A DNA stretch of 64,000 bases from the sequence record NC_052658.1; one strand, written 5' to 3'. Source of the stretch: Escherichia phage nepoznato. A model generated the notes under the pieces. That model searched no databases and was not told the origin of the DNA. It worked only from the letters and a program-made list of their open reading frames with translations. Below, piece by piece: positions 16,532-26,000 of the stretch. Position 1 is the first letter of the stretch, and the number at the start of each line of letters is the position of its first letter. The translations under genes were made by a program, and so were the position numbers.

Positions 16532-17095
16532 ATGATTTATTATATTACTCCCTATCTGACAGGAAATATCGGCAAGGCTATCAATGAAGCCATTGCCGTT
16601 CTTCCAGATGATAGTTGGGTGTGTTTAAGAGATACCGATACAATGTTCCTCCTACCTGATCAACCATCTATGCTTGAAGAGCTTGTTATGTCAAACCCGC
16701 CTTTTGATGTAATAGGTGCAACTTGTAACAGGTTAGGCAGTGGTTATCAACTTTTCTCTAACCAAATTAACGATGATCCAGATATTCTAAACCATATAGA
16801 ATATGCTAAGATTGCAAGAGAATATCATAAAGTGAGTGTTGAAGAAGTTCCTTTCGGAACACCTCTAGCAGGTTTCTTTTTGCTTTTTAGAAAATCCTTG
16901 TGGAATGAAATTCCTTTCGAAGAAAAATCTATCCAATTCGACTTAATTTTCTCTCGCACTTTACATGAAAAAGGAAAGAGGTTAGGATTGATGCGGGGAA
17001 TGTATCTATTTCACATTTACAGATTAGGTCAAACAAATCCTCAACGGTCTATACATCATTTATTACACTGTCACGATCACAGTAAAACTATTTAG
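16532..17095 (+). CDS. Putative glycosyltransferase (GT-A-like, tentative)
   Basis: GGAGGGGAG SD; Rossmann-like N-terminus and DTD motif; 187 aa. Confidence 0.3.
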   Translation: MIYYITPYLTGNIGKAINEAIAVLPDDSWVCLRDTDTMFLLPDQPSMLEELVMSNPPFDVIGATCNRLGSGYQLFSNQINDDPDILNHIEYAKIAREYHKVSVEEVPFGTPLAGFFLLFRKSLWNEIPFEEKSIQFDLIFSRTLHEKGKRLGLMRGMYLFHIYRLGQTNPQRSIHHLLHCHDHSKTI

Positions 17096-17103
17096 GAGAG
17101 AAA

Positions 17104-17787
17104 ATGGAAAATATTAAAATCGGAGTGGGTGTTATCACTGTAGGTGTCCGTCCACTTAAAGACTACCTTGTAACAGATCCACGTGCAGATTTTCGAGTAT
17201 TCAACGATCCAGACCGTAAAGGTGTAGCTTATGCCAGGAATGAACTTATGCACCAGTTTTATGAAGAAGGTTATGATTATTGGTTTATTTTTGACGACGA
17301 TTGTTACCCAGTCATGGAAGGATGGGAAACATACTTTGTAGATCAAGCTGTTTCTGGAGGATGGGATTTCTTTGGTATGCCGGAGTACTTCAAAGATAAA
17401 GTTGTTGGAAGCAAAGGAGAAGTTATTCTCTGGGAACTTGCAATGTGTCAATTTGCAATGTATTCTCGTGCCGTTGTTGAAAAGATGGGTTATTTCCGCC
17501 CTTACACTCACGGTTATGGTTTTGAAGATGCCGAATGGGGACACCGTTTGAAAGCTGCTGGTTTGAATCATGGTATTCAGGCAACACCTTGTCCACTTCG
17601 TATCATGGCTTATATCCACCCAGACGATGTTTTTGGAAACAATCCTATGCCTTTTGCTAATCTGACAAAAGAAGAGAAAGAAGCTGCTATCGAGATTAAC
17701 TGGGAAGAATATAAAGCATCTTTAGAGGATATTAAAAATGGGAAAATCCGAATTTCCTATGAGGAGGCACTAGCACATGTCAAATAA
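17104..17787 (+). CDS. Glycosyltransferase, GT-A fold (DxD)
   Basis: YDYWFIFDDDCYP (DxD) and GFEDAEWGHR. Confidence 0.45.
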   Translation: MENIKIGVGVITVGVRPLKDYLVTDPRADFRVFNDPDRKGVAYARNELMHQFYEEGYDYWFIFDDDCYPVMEGWETYFVDQAVSGGWDFFGMPEYFKDKVVGSKGEVILWELAMCQFAMYSRAVVEKMGYFRPYTHGYGFEDAEWGHRLKAAGLNHGIQATPCPLRIMAYIHPDDVFGNNPMPFANLTKEEKEAAIEINWEEYKASLEDIKNGKIRISYEEALAHVK

Positions 17788-18724
17788 AAAATGGTCTAAA
17801 CTAAAAATTGATGCAAAACCTCACAGCGGTTGTGACTATCATCGTATTGTTATGCCATTTAACAACAATAATATTCAACCTAAGAAAGATGTTGTTGTGT
17901 TTAACCGTATCCATTCTAAAGGTGCAGAATACGTTTTATCTTTGAAACGTCAAGGTGTTAAGATTGTTGTAGATTTAGATGATTTCTACCAACTTAATCC
18001 AGAACATTATTTAGCAAGTCTATACGAGTCAAACACTCATGCTATTGTAGCTATGGTTAAGCTTGCTGATGTGGTTATTGTGACTACGGAATATTTGGCA
18101 TATAAGATCCGTCACTTAAATAGGAATGTTGTTGTGATCCGAAATGCGCTTCCTTTTGATAGCGGACAATTTACTTTGTCAAATGACCGTTCATCCGGTA
18201 CCCCTATTGTATGGGCTGGAGGTGCTAGTCACGAACCCGATTTACGACTAGTCTCTAACACTTTTGATGATGAACTTCTTACTATTGCGGGGTATGAAGC
18301 TTCGCAGAGTATCACAGGGCAAGAGTGGATTAAAATCCGTAGAAATTTACCAAATGCCAAATATAAAGCTGCTGTAAAAGATTTAGATAATTACATGAGT
18401 GTTTACGAAAGTCATGCTATTGCTATAGCTCCTTTGGTAGATAATGATTTTAATAATTGTAAAAGTAATCTCAAAATCCTTGAAGCTGGGGCAAAAGGTA
18501 TTCCGATTGTTTGTTCTAAGGTATTACCTTATTTTAACCCTGTAGATGCTCGCGCTGTTGCTTACGCAGAGAATAAAGCTGAATGGCATTACGAAATTGT
18601 TAAGCTTCTTCGCAATCCGAACTATCGGGAAGATCGCGGCTTGTTCTTAGCGGAACATGTTCGAACACATTATAATCTGGCAGATGCAAACGAATTGCGA
18701 CGCCAGGTTATTGAAAGCTTGTAG
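17777..18724 (+). CDS. Glycosyltransferase, GT-B fold (GT1-like), paralog 1
   Basis: C-terminal NNCKSNLKILEAGAKGIPIVCS resembles the GT1 E-x7-E/EAxAxG motif; N-terminus HSGCDYHRIV. Confidence 0.5.
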   Translation: MSNKKWSKLKIDAKPHSGCDYHRIVMPFNNNNIQPKKDVVVFNRIHSKGAEYVLSLKRQGVKIVVDLDDFYQLNPEHYLASLYESNTHAIVAMVKLADVVIVTTEYLAYKIRHLNRNVVVIRNALPFDSGQFTLSNDRSSGTPIVWAGGASHEPDLRLVSNTFDDELLTIAGYEASQSITGQEWIKIRRNLPNAKYKAAVKDLDNYMSVYESHAIAIAPLVDNDFNNCKSNLKILEAGAKGIPIVCSKVLPYFNPVDARAVAYAENKAEWHYEIVKLLRNPNYREDRGLFLAEHVRTHYNLADANELRRQVIESL

Positions 18725-18731
18725 GTGAAGT

Positions 18732-19676
18732 ATGGGACAAATAATTCTTGACAATCGTAACGGAATCAATTATAGTGTCTGCGATTTCCATAGGGTAGTG
18801 CTGCCTTACTCAAGGCAGTTCTCTTCACAACCTAAACACAACGTTTTCGTTTTTAACGGAGTGCCAACAAAAGGTAAAGAGGGCTTTTTAGCCCTTAAAA
18901 ACCTAGGCTTTAAAATGGTTATGGATTTGGATGACTCTTTAGTTATTCCAAAAGGACACATGTTAGAAGGTATTTTTGAATCAGGTATTCGTGAACATTT
19001 AAAATGGTTTTTAGAGCACAGTGATCTTGTTACAACTACGACACCTGTCTTGCAAGTTGAACTTTCACAATATAATGATAATGTGCACATAATCCCTAAT
19101 GGACTTCCTTACGATGAAGGTCAATTTGTGTTGACCCGTGATCGCTACTCCAAAACTCCATTAGTCTGGGCTGGAAGTGAAACACATAAACAAGATTTGG
19201 CTATCTTACCCGATTTTGGTAAAGATCTTACAATATGTGGTTTTCGTAGGGATTCTGAAGTTTTAAGTAGTCGTGAATGGTCTTTAATCAGAGAAAATGT
19301 AGCACCAACTTGTGTTTATGAAGGTGTAAGACCATATGCCAACTACATGGAATCTTACGATGGTCATCAAATCAGTCTTGCACCATTGATCGATAACGTG
19401 TTTAATAATGCAAAAAGCAATCTTAAAATTCTTGAGGCAGGTGCTAAGGGTTTACCTTTAATCTGCTCTCCTCGTGAGAATTATCATACACAAGAGTTTA
19501 AAGATTTGTTATTCTTTGCTGAAACACCTTCCGAGTGGAAAGATATTACGGAATACTTATTAAGTGCTCCCGATGTTTGCATGGAGAAAGGATTAGCATT
19601 AGCTAAGTATGTCAGGACTCATTATCACATTGATGTGTTGAATGAGCGTCGTAGACTTTTATTTGAGGAGCTATAA
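18732..19676 (+). CDS. Glycosyltransferase, GT-B fold, paralog 2
   Basis: Collinear with the previous protein (CDFHRVVLP..., NNAKSNLKILEAGAKGLPLICS); tandem duplicate. Confidence 0.5.
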   Translation: MGQIILDNRNGINYSVCDFHRVVLPYSRQFSSQPKHNVFVFNGVPTKGKEGFLALKNLGFKMVMDLDDSLVIPKGHMLEGIFESGIREHLKWFLEHSDLVTTTTPVLQVELSQYNDNVHIIPNGLPYDEGQFVLTRDRYSKTPLVWAGSETHKQDLAILPDFGKDLTICGFRRDSEVLSSREWSLIRENVAPTCVYEGVRPYANYMESYDGHQISLAPLIDNVFNNAKSNLKILEAGAKGLPLICSPRENYHTQEFKDLLFFAETPSEWKDITEYLLSAPDVCMEKGLALAKYVRTHYHIDVLNERRRLLFEEL

Positions 19677-19954
19677 TGATTAACACTTTTGATTTTGAAT
19701 ACACCACTCGTAACGGGAAAGCCTTGGTCGTGGAGGTGGATTACTATTATGAAGAACCTAATCCACTTTCTCGTGAAAGCGATTGGGATTACCACGGAGG
19801 GCTTTTAATTGACGGTATTCGTTTTTATGAAGGATCTACAGAAGTTTTTGAAAAAGATTTAAATGTAACTGTAGCAGAAATTGCTTTCCAATTTAGAAAG
19901 CACATGGAAGAACTAGAAGCAGAATATATGATGGAGACTAACGAACCATTTTAA
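19676..19954 (+). CDS. Hypothetical protein
   Basis: ATG overlapping the upstream stop; 92 aa. Confidence 0.4.
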   Translation: MINTFDFEYTTRNGKALVVEVDYYYEEPNPLSRESDWDYHGGLLIDGIRFYEGSTEVFEKDLNVTVAEIAFQFRKHMEELEAEYMMETNEPF

Positions 19955-19966
19955 CAGGAGAACAAA

Positions 19967-21745
19967 GTGTCGCACATTATAACTAAATATGGATTTGATG
20001 TTGATCTTAGCAAGGAAGGACATACAGGTTGTCCGCGCTGCATGAAAAATGGCAAGGATCGCTCTCGTAATAACCTGATGGTTTACGGATTAGATTCTAA
20101 TGGAGAGCATAAAGGTGCTAAGTGCTTTGCGTGTGAATACACTATTCCTAGCGTAGAATGGTTACGAGAAAATGGTGAAGTTTTAGAAGAAGAGGAGGAG
20201 ATTGTGGGTTCGGAATTTAATAAACAGATTCATCGTAAAATTGTTCAAGAAACATCAACCAACCCACGTGGTTATCGAGGCATTAAAGAAAAAGTTTCAT
20301 CTTTCTATGGTGTTCGTTATGAATACCGTCAGGAAGGGGATCAGATGGTAGTAGAAAGTTGTTTATATCCAACTACCATCGGTAAAGAATTGGTTGGTTT
20401 TAAGCGTCGTATTCATCCTAAAGATTTCAGTAAACCTATTGGTCAAGTAGGTAAAGATGTAGATCTTTTTGGACAAATTCGTTTTGCAGACCGTTCTCAT
20501 ACTGTTGTAATTACAGGTGGTGAACACGATGCTCTGGCAGCTTATCAAATGCTATCTGAAAACTTGGACAGTAAATATGAGCTTCCAGCCGTAGTAAGTG
20601 GCACAACTGGTGAAACCAGTATGTATAAACAAGTTCAGGCACAATATCCTTTCTTTGAAAAATTTAAGAAGATTATTGTTTGCATGGATAACGACAAAGC
20701 AGGTAACGAGGCATTTGAAAATATTGTTAAGGTGCTGCCTCGTAACAAAGTCTACCGTATGCAGATGGATCTTAAGGATGCCAATCAGTATCTGGAAGAA
20801 GGTCGTGCAAAAGATTTCGTAAAAGCTTTTTGGAGTGCTCGTCTATACACCCCAGCAGGTGTTTATGCTTCTAATGTCTTGTATGAAGCTGCATTGGAAT
20901 GCTTGGAATCCAAGATGATTACCTTGCCTCCTTTTATGCGTGTTGCTGCAAATATGTTGGGTGGTGGTTTAGTAGAGGAAGAGATTACAGTCATCCTGGC
21001 AAAGACCAGTATCGGTAAAACTTTGATGGTGAACGAGATCACCAAACATATTATTGTTGCACACCCAGAACATACCCTAGGTATTCTGTCCTTGGAAGCA
21101 ACTTATAAAAAGTATTCTCGTAACCTGTTATCCTCTTTCCTACACATTCCTCTACACAGGAAAACACCAGAAGAGAAATTTCAAATCTTGGAAGAGAATA
21201 AAGAAAAAATCCTAGATTTTTACGAAAGAGAAGATGGATCACCACGTTTTTATGTGTGTGATGATCGTGGAGCAGATGTGGAGTCTATCAAAGAAAAAGT
21301 TTTGGAGATGATCATCTATTTTGGAGTAACAATTCTTGTTATCGACCCTTATTCTGATTTGCTTTCTGGTATGGATGTTCAAGCCCAGGAAGAGTTAGCA
21401 ACATGGTTGAAGCGAATCATGAAAGAGTATGCTATAACTATTATCGTCATCTCACACGTTAAGAAGTCAGCTAACGGTGGCAATGAGCACTTAACAGAGG
21501 ACGATGCAATGGGTAGTAGTTTCTTGGCTAAAGGTGCTGGTATTACCTTGGCTTTGGAACGAGATAAGGCTGCTGAAGATCCTGTAGAACGTAATACAAC
21601 TCATTGCTTTATCCTAAAAAACCGTGAGTTCTCGGAGACTGGTCCAGCAGGGCAGTTTTACTATGACATTAGAACTGCAACTCTTCACGACAAAGAGCAG
21701 TATTTTAACAACCCTGCTAACTTACCTACGGATAGCAACTACTAA
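19967..21745 (+). CDS. Bifunctional DNA primase/helicase (T7 gp4-like)
   Basis: N-terminal zinc ribbon (CPRCMK...CFACEY), TOPRIM-like VITGGEHDALAAYQM / CMDNDKAGNEA, helicase Walker A AKTSIGKT and Walker B VIDPYSDL; GTG start with AGGAG SD. Confidence 0.8.
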   Translation: MSHIITKYGFDVDLSKEGHTGCPRCMKNGKDRSRNNLMVYGLDSNGEHKGAKCFACEYTIPSVEWLRENGEVLEEEEEIVGSEFNKQIHRKIVQETSTNPRGYRGIKEKVSSFYGVRYEYRQEGDQMVVESCLYPTTIGKELVGFKRRIHPKDFSKPIGQVGKDVDLFGQIRFADRSHTVVITGGEHDALAAYQMLSENLDSKYELPAVVSGTTGETSMYKQVQAQYPFFEKFKKIIVCMDNDKAGNEAFENIVKVLPRNKVYRMQMDLKDANQYLEEGRAKDFVKAFWSARLYTPAGVYASNVLYEAALECLESKMITLPPFMRVAANMLGGGLVEEEITVILAKTSIGKTLMVNEITKHIIVAHPEHTLGILSLEATYKKYSRNLLSSFLHIPLHRKTPEEKFQILEENKEKILDFYEREDGSPRFYVCDDRGADVESIKEKVLEMIIYFGVTILVIDPYSDLLSGMDVQAQEELATWLKRIMKEYAITIIVISHVKKSANGGNEHLTEDDAMGSSFLAKGAGITLALERDKAAEDPVERNTTHCFILKNREFSETGPAGQFYYDIRTATLHDKEQYFNNPANLPTDSNY

Positions 21746-21764
21746 GGGCTTCGGCCCTTTTATT
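21745..21764 (+). terminator. Rho-independent terminator after the primase-helicase
   Basis: AGGGC-TTCG-GCCCT followed by TTTTATT. Confidence 0.6.
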
Positions 21765-21775
21765 AAAAATACCTG

Positions 21776-21804
21776 TTGACAACTTTGCGGAAGGGACTTA
21801 TACT
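21776..21804 (+). promoter_or_regulatory. Near-consensus sigma70 promoter
   Basis: TTGACA (21776-21781), 17 nt spacer, TATACT (21799-21804); strong SD GAGGAGAAG before ATG 21838. Confidence 0.6.
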
Positions 21805-21837
21805 TGTCTCATCAACCAAACAAGAGGAGAAGTAAAA

Positions 21838-22269
21838 ATGCGTATGACAATCGATCTGAATGCAAAAGTTAAAGCTGCTGGTGCTCTAGGTGCTGGTGTT
21901 ATTAAACACAAACAAGCGTTGGCATTTGCCATCCCACACATGATTGTTGAGGATCATCCTGAAGAGTTTGCTGTAAAAGTTGTTGAGAACAATGTCTCTG
22001 TTATTGAGTATATCCCAACTGGACGTTCTTACCGTGTTGTTTCTTCTAAAGGTTTCCGTTTCGATGTAAGCCCTTCTTTCACAAAAGGTGCTGGTCGTAG
22101 TAAAGTGGGTATTCTTTCTTACAAATATTATATCGATAAAGTTGCAGATGGTGTTGCATTCTGTCGTGTAAGTGAAGGTAAAGTAGATATCATCTTTAAA
22201 AATACCAAAAACATGGTTATTTCTGATGATGGTAAAGTTGACCTCACTATTGAGTTCGCTAACAACTAA
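21838..22269 (+). CDS. Hypothetical protein (likely abundant early/middle product)
   Basis: Strong promoter and SD; codon usage biased to host-preferred codons; 143 aa. Confidence 0.5.
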   Translation: MRMTIDLNAKVKAAGALGAGVIKHKQALAFAIPHMIVEDHPEEFAVKVVENNVSVIEYIPTGRSYRVVSSKGFRFDVSPSFTKGAGRSKVGILSYKYYIDKVADGVAFCRVSEGKVDIIFKNTKNMVISDDGKVDLTIEFANN

Positions 22270-22278
22270 GGAGGACTA

Positions 22279-23073
22279 TTGAGCAAGTTGAACACACTTG
22301 ATCAATATTACACTAACCCCGCTTATGCGGGGTTCTTATGTGATAAGATCAAAGAAATTTTTGGAGAGGAAGCTAACTACGTAGAACCATCTGCGGGAGA
22401 AGGGGCTTTCTCTTCTTGTTTTAAAAACATAACTTCTTTTGATATTGACCCTAAGTTTGAAGATTGTATTGAGGCAGATTTTTTAGCTCAATCTGTTGAG
22501 TCTGTTGGCAGTGTAACTGCTTTTGTCGGTAATCCTCCGTTTGGAAAAAATGCTAGTCTTGCCATTAAGTTCTTTAACCATTGTGCTGAAATGTTGGATA
22601 ACGAAGGTGGTATTTGTTTTATCTTGCCTCGCACATTTCAAAAAATCTTTTTTGCACACAAACTAAATCCCCACATGCATCTTCTTTACGAAGAAGAATG
22701 TCCAAAAGGATCTTTTATTCTTCATGGAGAACCTTGGGATGTTCCTTGTGTATTCCAGATATGGATTAAACGCAACGAGAAGCGTTCTCCCGTTGTTTTA
22801 GGAGAAAATCGACTATTCGTATTAGGCAACAGTAAAGACTACGACATAGCCGTTAGGAGAGCGGGAGCAAGTGCAGGTAAAGTGTTATCAGAAGAGGATT
22901 CTTTATCTGAAGCATCTACCTATTTTTTAAAAGCCTTGACTTCTGATCTTAAAACGCGTATCATTGAGGCTTACCCGTTACTTAAAGCTGAAGCTAGTAA
23001 AACTGCGGGAGTAAGAAGTTTAAGTTTAAAAGAACTTCAGTGGGTTCTGGAGAACATTAGAAAGGAGGAATAG
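22279..23073 (+). CDS. N6-adenine DNA methyltransferase (NPPF motif)
   Basis: Motif I-like EPSAGEGAF and motif IV GNPPFG; TTG start with AAGGAGG SD. Confidence 0.6.
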   Translation: MSKLNTLDQYYTNPAYAGFLCDKIKEIFGEEANYVEPSAGEGAFSSCFKNITSFDIDPKFEDCIEADFLAQSVESVGSVTAFVGNPPFGKNASLAIKFFNHCAEMLDNEGGICFILPRTFQKIFFAHKLNPHMHLLYEEECPKGSFILHGEPWDVPCVFQIWIKRNEKRSPVVLGENRLFVLGNSKDYDIAVRRAGASAGKVLSEEDSLSEASTYFLKALTSDLKTRIIEAYPLLKAEASKTAGVRSLSLKELQWVLENIRKEE

Positions 23074-26000
23074 TGAGTAAGTTTACATGGGATATTGAAG
23101 CAAACGGATTGTTGAATAATGATACTATTGATTATTTAGCTAGTCCTTATCGTCTCAAAGACACATTTCAAATGCACTGTATTGTCTTAGAGAACCATGA
23201 AACAGGAGAAATAGTAGCTTTCCACGATGGCCCTAAATACATTTTTGATGGTCGTCCTTATGAAGAGTCAGATGATAAATATACATATGTTCTTAAAGAA
23301 TATGTGGCGCAAGATTACACACATTTTCAACTAAAAGATTTCCCAGATTTTATTAATCATGAAGGTTATTTTAAAGACAAGCCTGAATATTTGGTTGAAA
23401 TGGCTGTGGCACACAACGGTATCAACTATGACTGGTTGGCTACAAAACTGTTTTATGGATTAGATTACAGTGTTAAATATAACACGTGGGGTAAAAGCAA
23501 GGTAAAACTTATTGACTCCTTAATTTTGAGTAAAGTGTTAAACCCAGATCGAAAGATTGAGGGCAAATCAGGACATAGTTTGGCAGCACTTTCTCGAAAG
23601 GCAGGCGGGGATGTAAAAATAGATTTCCGTAAAGAGATTCCAGAAGAAGATCGATTTAAGACTTTTGCTGCGGATATGCTTTATTACTGTATCTATGATA
23701 ACAAAGCCAACACAAGTGTATATAATTACCTCATGGAAGAATGGGGTGATTATGATAAATGGGAAGGTCCATTTGAACTTGAACAACGTGTAGCAGACAT
23801 TATCACGCGCCAGGAACACCGTGGGTTTGCTTTTAACATGAAGCAAGCAGAAGAGAACCTTGCTTTTTTGGATGCAGAAATGGAACGTCTTCGTTTACTC
23901 GTTGAGCCTATTTTGCCACCTAAACCAGCAACAAAAGGTTATCTTAAAGCTTTTATTCCGCCTAAATTGCAAATTAAAAAGAACCTCGAACCAACTAACC
24001 ATATGATCAATTTTGCTAAAAAACATGATGGTCATTTGGAAGAGAGGGATGGCGATTGGTGGTTAGTTATGTTGGGGAAAGAGTGGAAACTGCCAGTTGC
24101 AGCAGATGAGCCTTTGTGTGATCCTAATATCCCTGCAACATTGAACGATACAACCCATATTAAAAACTGGCTTGTAGGATTAGGTTGGGTACCGTCTGAA
24201 TATAAAGATAAAGACTTGACTCTTAAATCTGGCACCAAGATTAAAAAGAGTGAGGAAGAACTTCAGAAAGGTATTCGAGCTTACATTGAGCAAACTCTAT
24301 CTTCTAATTTTTGTCAGGATCGTTGTGATCATCTGGAGTGCACACCGGAAACCTTGGAAAGGAAGATTCAAGAGCGTATAGCAAAAGGTAAAGGTCGCGG
24401 TCTTAAAGTATTGACTAACCCATGTTTTACCAAAGGTCAGGAAAAAGAAATTTGTCCTAACCTGCAAGCTTTGGGTGAGAAATTTCCTTATGCTACACAG
24501 ATTGTAGAATACTTAACGTATAAACACCGTAGGAACTCTATTTTAGGTGGTGGTGCCGATTGGGAAGAAGACGAAGAAGATCAAGAATACAACAAAGGTT
24601 TCTTGGCAGCAGTTCGTGCAGATGGACGTATACCTACGCCAGCGGCTACATGCGATGCAGCAACCTCTCGTATGAAGCATAGGTCTGTAGCCAATATTCC
24701 TCGTGTTACCTCTTTGTTTGGATGGCAGATGCGTAACCTGTTTGGTGTAGAGGTTCCTAAATACTTCCAGATTGGTTATGACTTTGATTCATTAGAGGCG
24801 AAGATTGAGTCGCATTATACGTGGAGATATGATAATCCTGATCATGCTTACTGTAATGCACTTCTGTTAGAAAAACCAAACGATGTGCATACTATGATGG
24901 CAAAACATATTACTGATATTATTGGACGTAAGTTTGAACGTGGTCCTGCTAAGAGCGTTAAATACGGTTGTGTACCTGTAGATAATACGGAAGTGTTAAC
25001 AAGAACGGGTTGGAAGAAACGTAAAGATCTTTTTGTAGGGGATGAAGTTTTATCTTATAATACTCACACCGCTCTTTACGAATATACCCCTATTCTTAAG
25101 CTGTGGGACTATAACGATGCAGAAGTTGTCTCTCTCGGTAACAAGTGGTTCAAAGTAGAAGTTACTAACGATCATATGTGGATTAACGCACAGAGAAAAA
25201 CTATGCGATCAGATGGTAACAATGTTAAGTATATGCAAGTGGAGCGTAGATCTACAGAGGATTTAAACTCGGAGTCAAACATAATTGCAGCAGGGCGATC
25301 TGGTGTGGTGTCTACTCTAACAGTGGAAGAAGGTCGTTTCTTAGGCTGGCTTCTTTCGGATGGCTACTATAAGTGGTCTGGCAAAGCCAGAAATAAAGTA
25401 ATGGGTATTACAGTCACGGTAGATCAAGATGAGAAAAAATTCTTAGAAGAAGCACGTGAGGCTGTGGGAGATATCTTCACATTTGACGAGTATGTATCTG
25501 GAACGATGCATTCATTACGTCCTAATAAGAGTCAGTTTAGGGAATTTTTGACTAAATGTGGCGTTGAAGTGGGTCAAAATAAGCACGAAGTGGACTGGTC
25601 TACATTAATTGCTAATCAAGGTCAAGCTGTGTTGGAAGCATTCTTAGAGGCATTCTGGATGGCAGATGGTCATAAGCGTCCAAACGGCAGTCTTGTTATC
25701 CGTCAAAAGAAAGGTAAGATTAGCGACGCTGTTTCTTTGGCTATCAATATGACAGGTAATATTGCGTATGGTTCTGTTCAAAAAGATGGCATGTTAACGT
25801 TGGCAATCAATAACGGACAAACTATTTCAGGACAGAGGTTGACAAAAGCTTTTTCACGAGTAACAGATGTATTCTGTATCTCAACCAAGAATGAATCTTT
25901 TGTTATGCGTCAGAATGGTTTTATCACGTTGACAGGTAACTGCACGTACGGCGCTCAAGCAGACAAGGTTGCTAAAACAATTGGTAGCGATAAATACACA

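Noticed and set aside
18748-18776. TTGACA-17-TATAGT promoter-like sequence inside the second GT-B gene
   Set aside because: Lies within coding sequence just after the start codon with no separate downstream gene needing it; likely fortuitous in AT-rich DNA.
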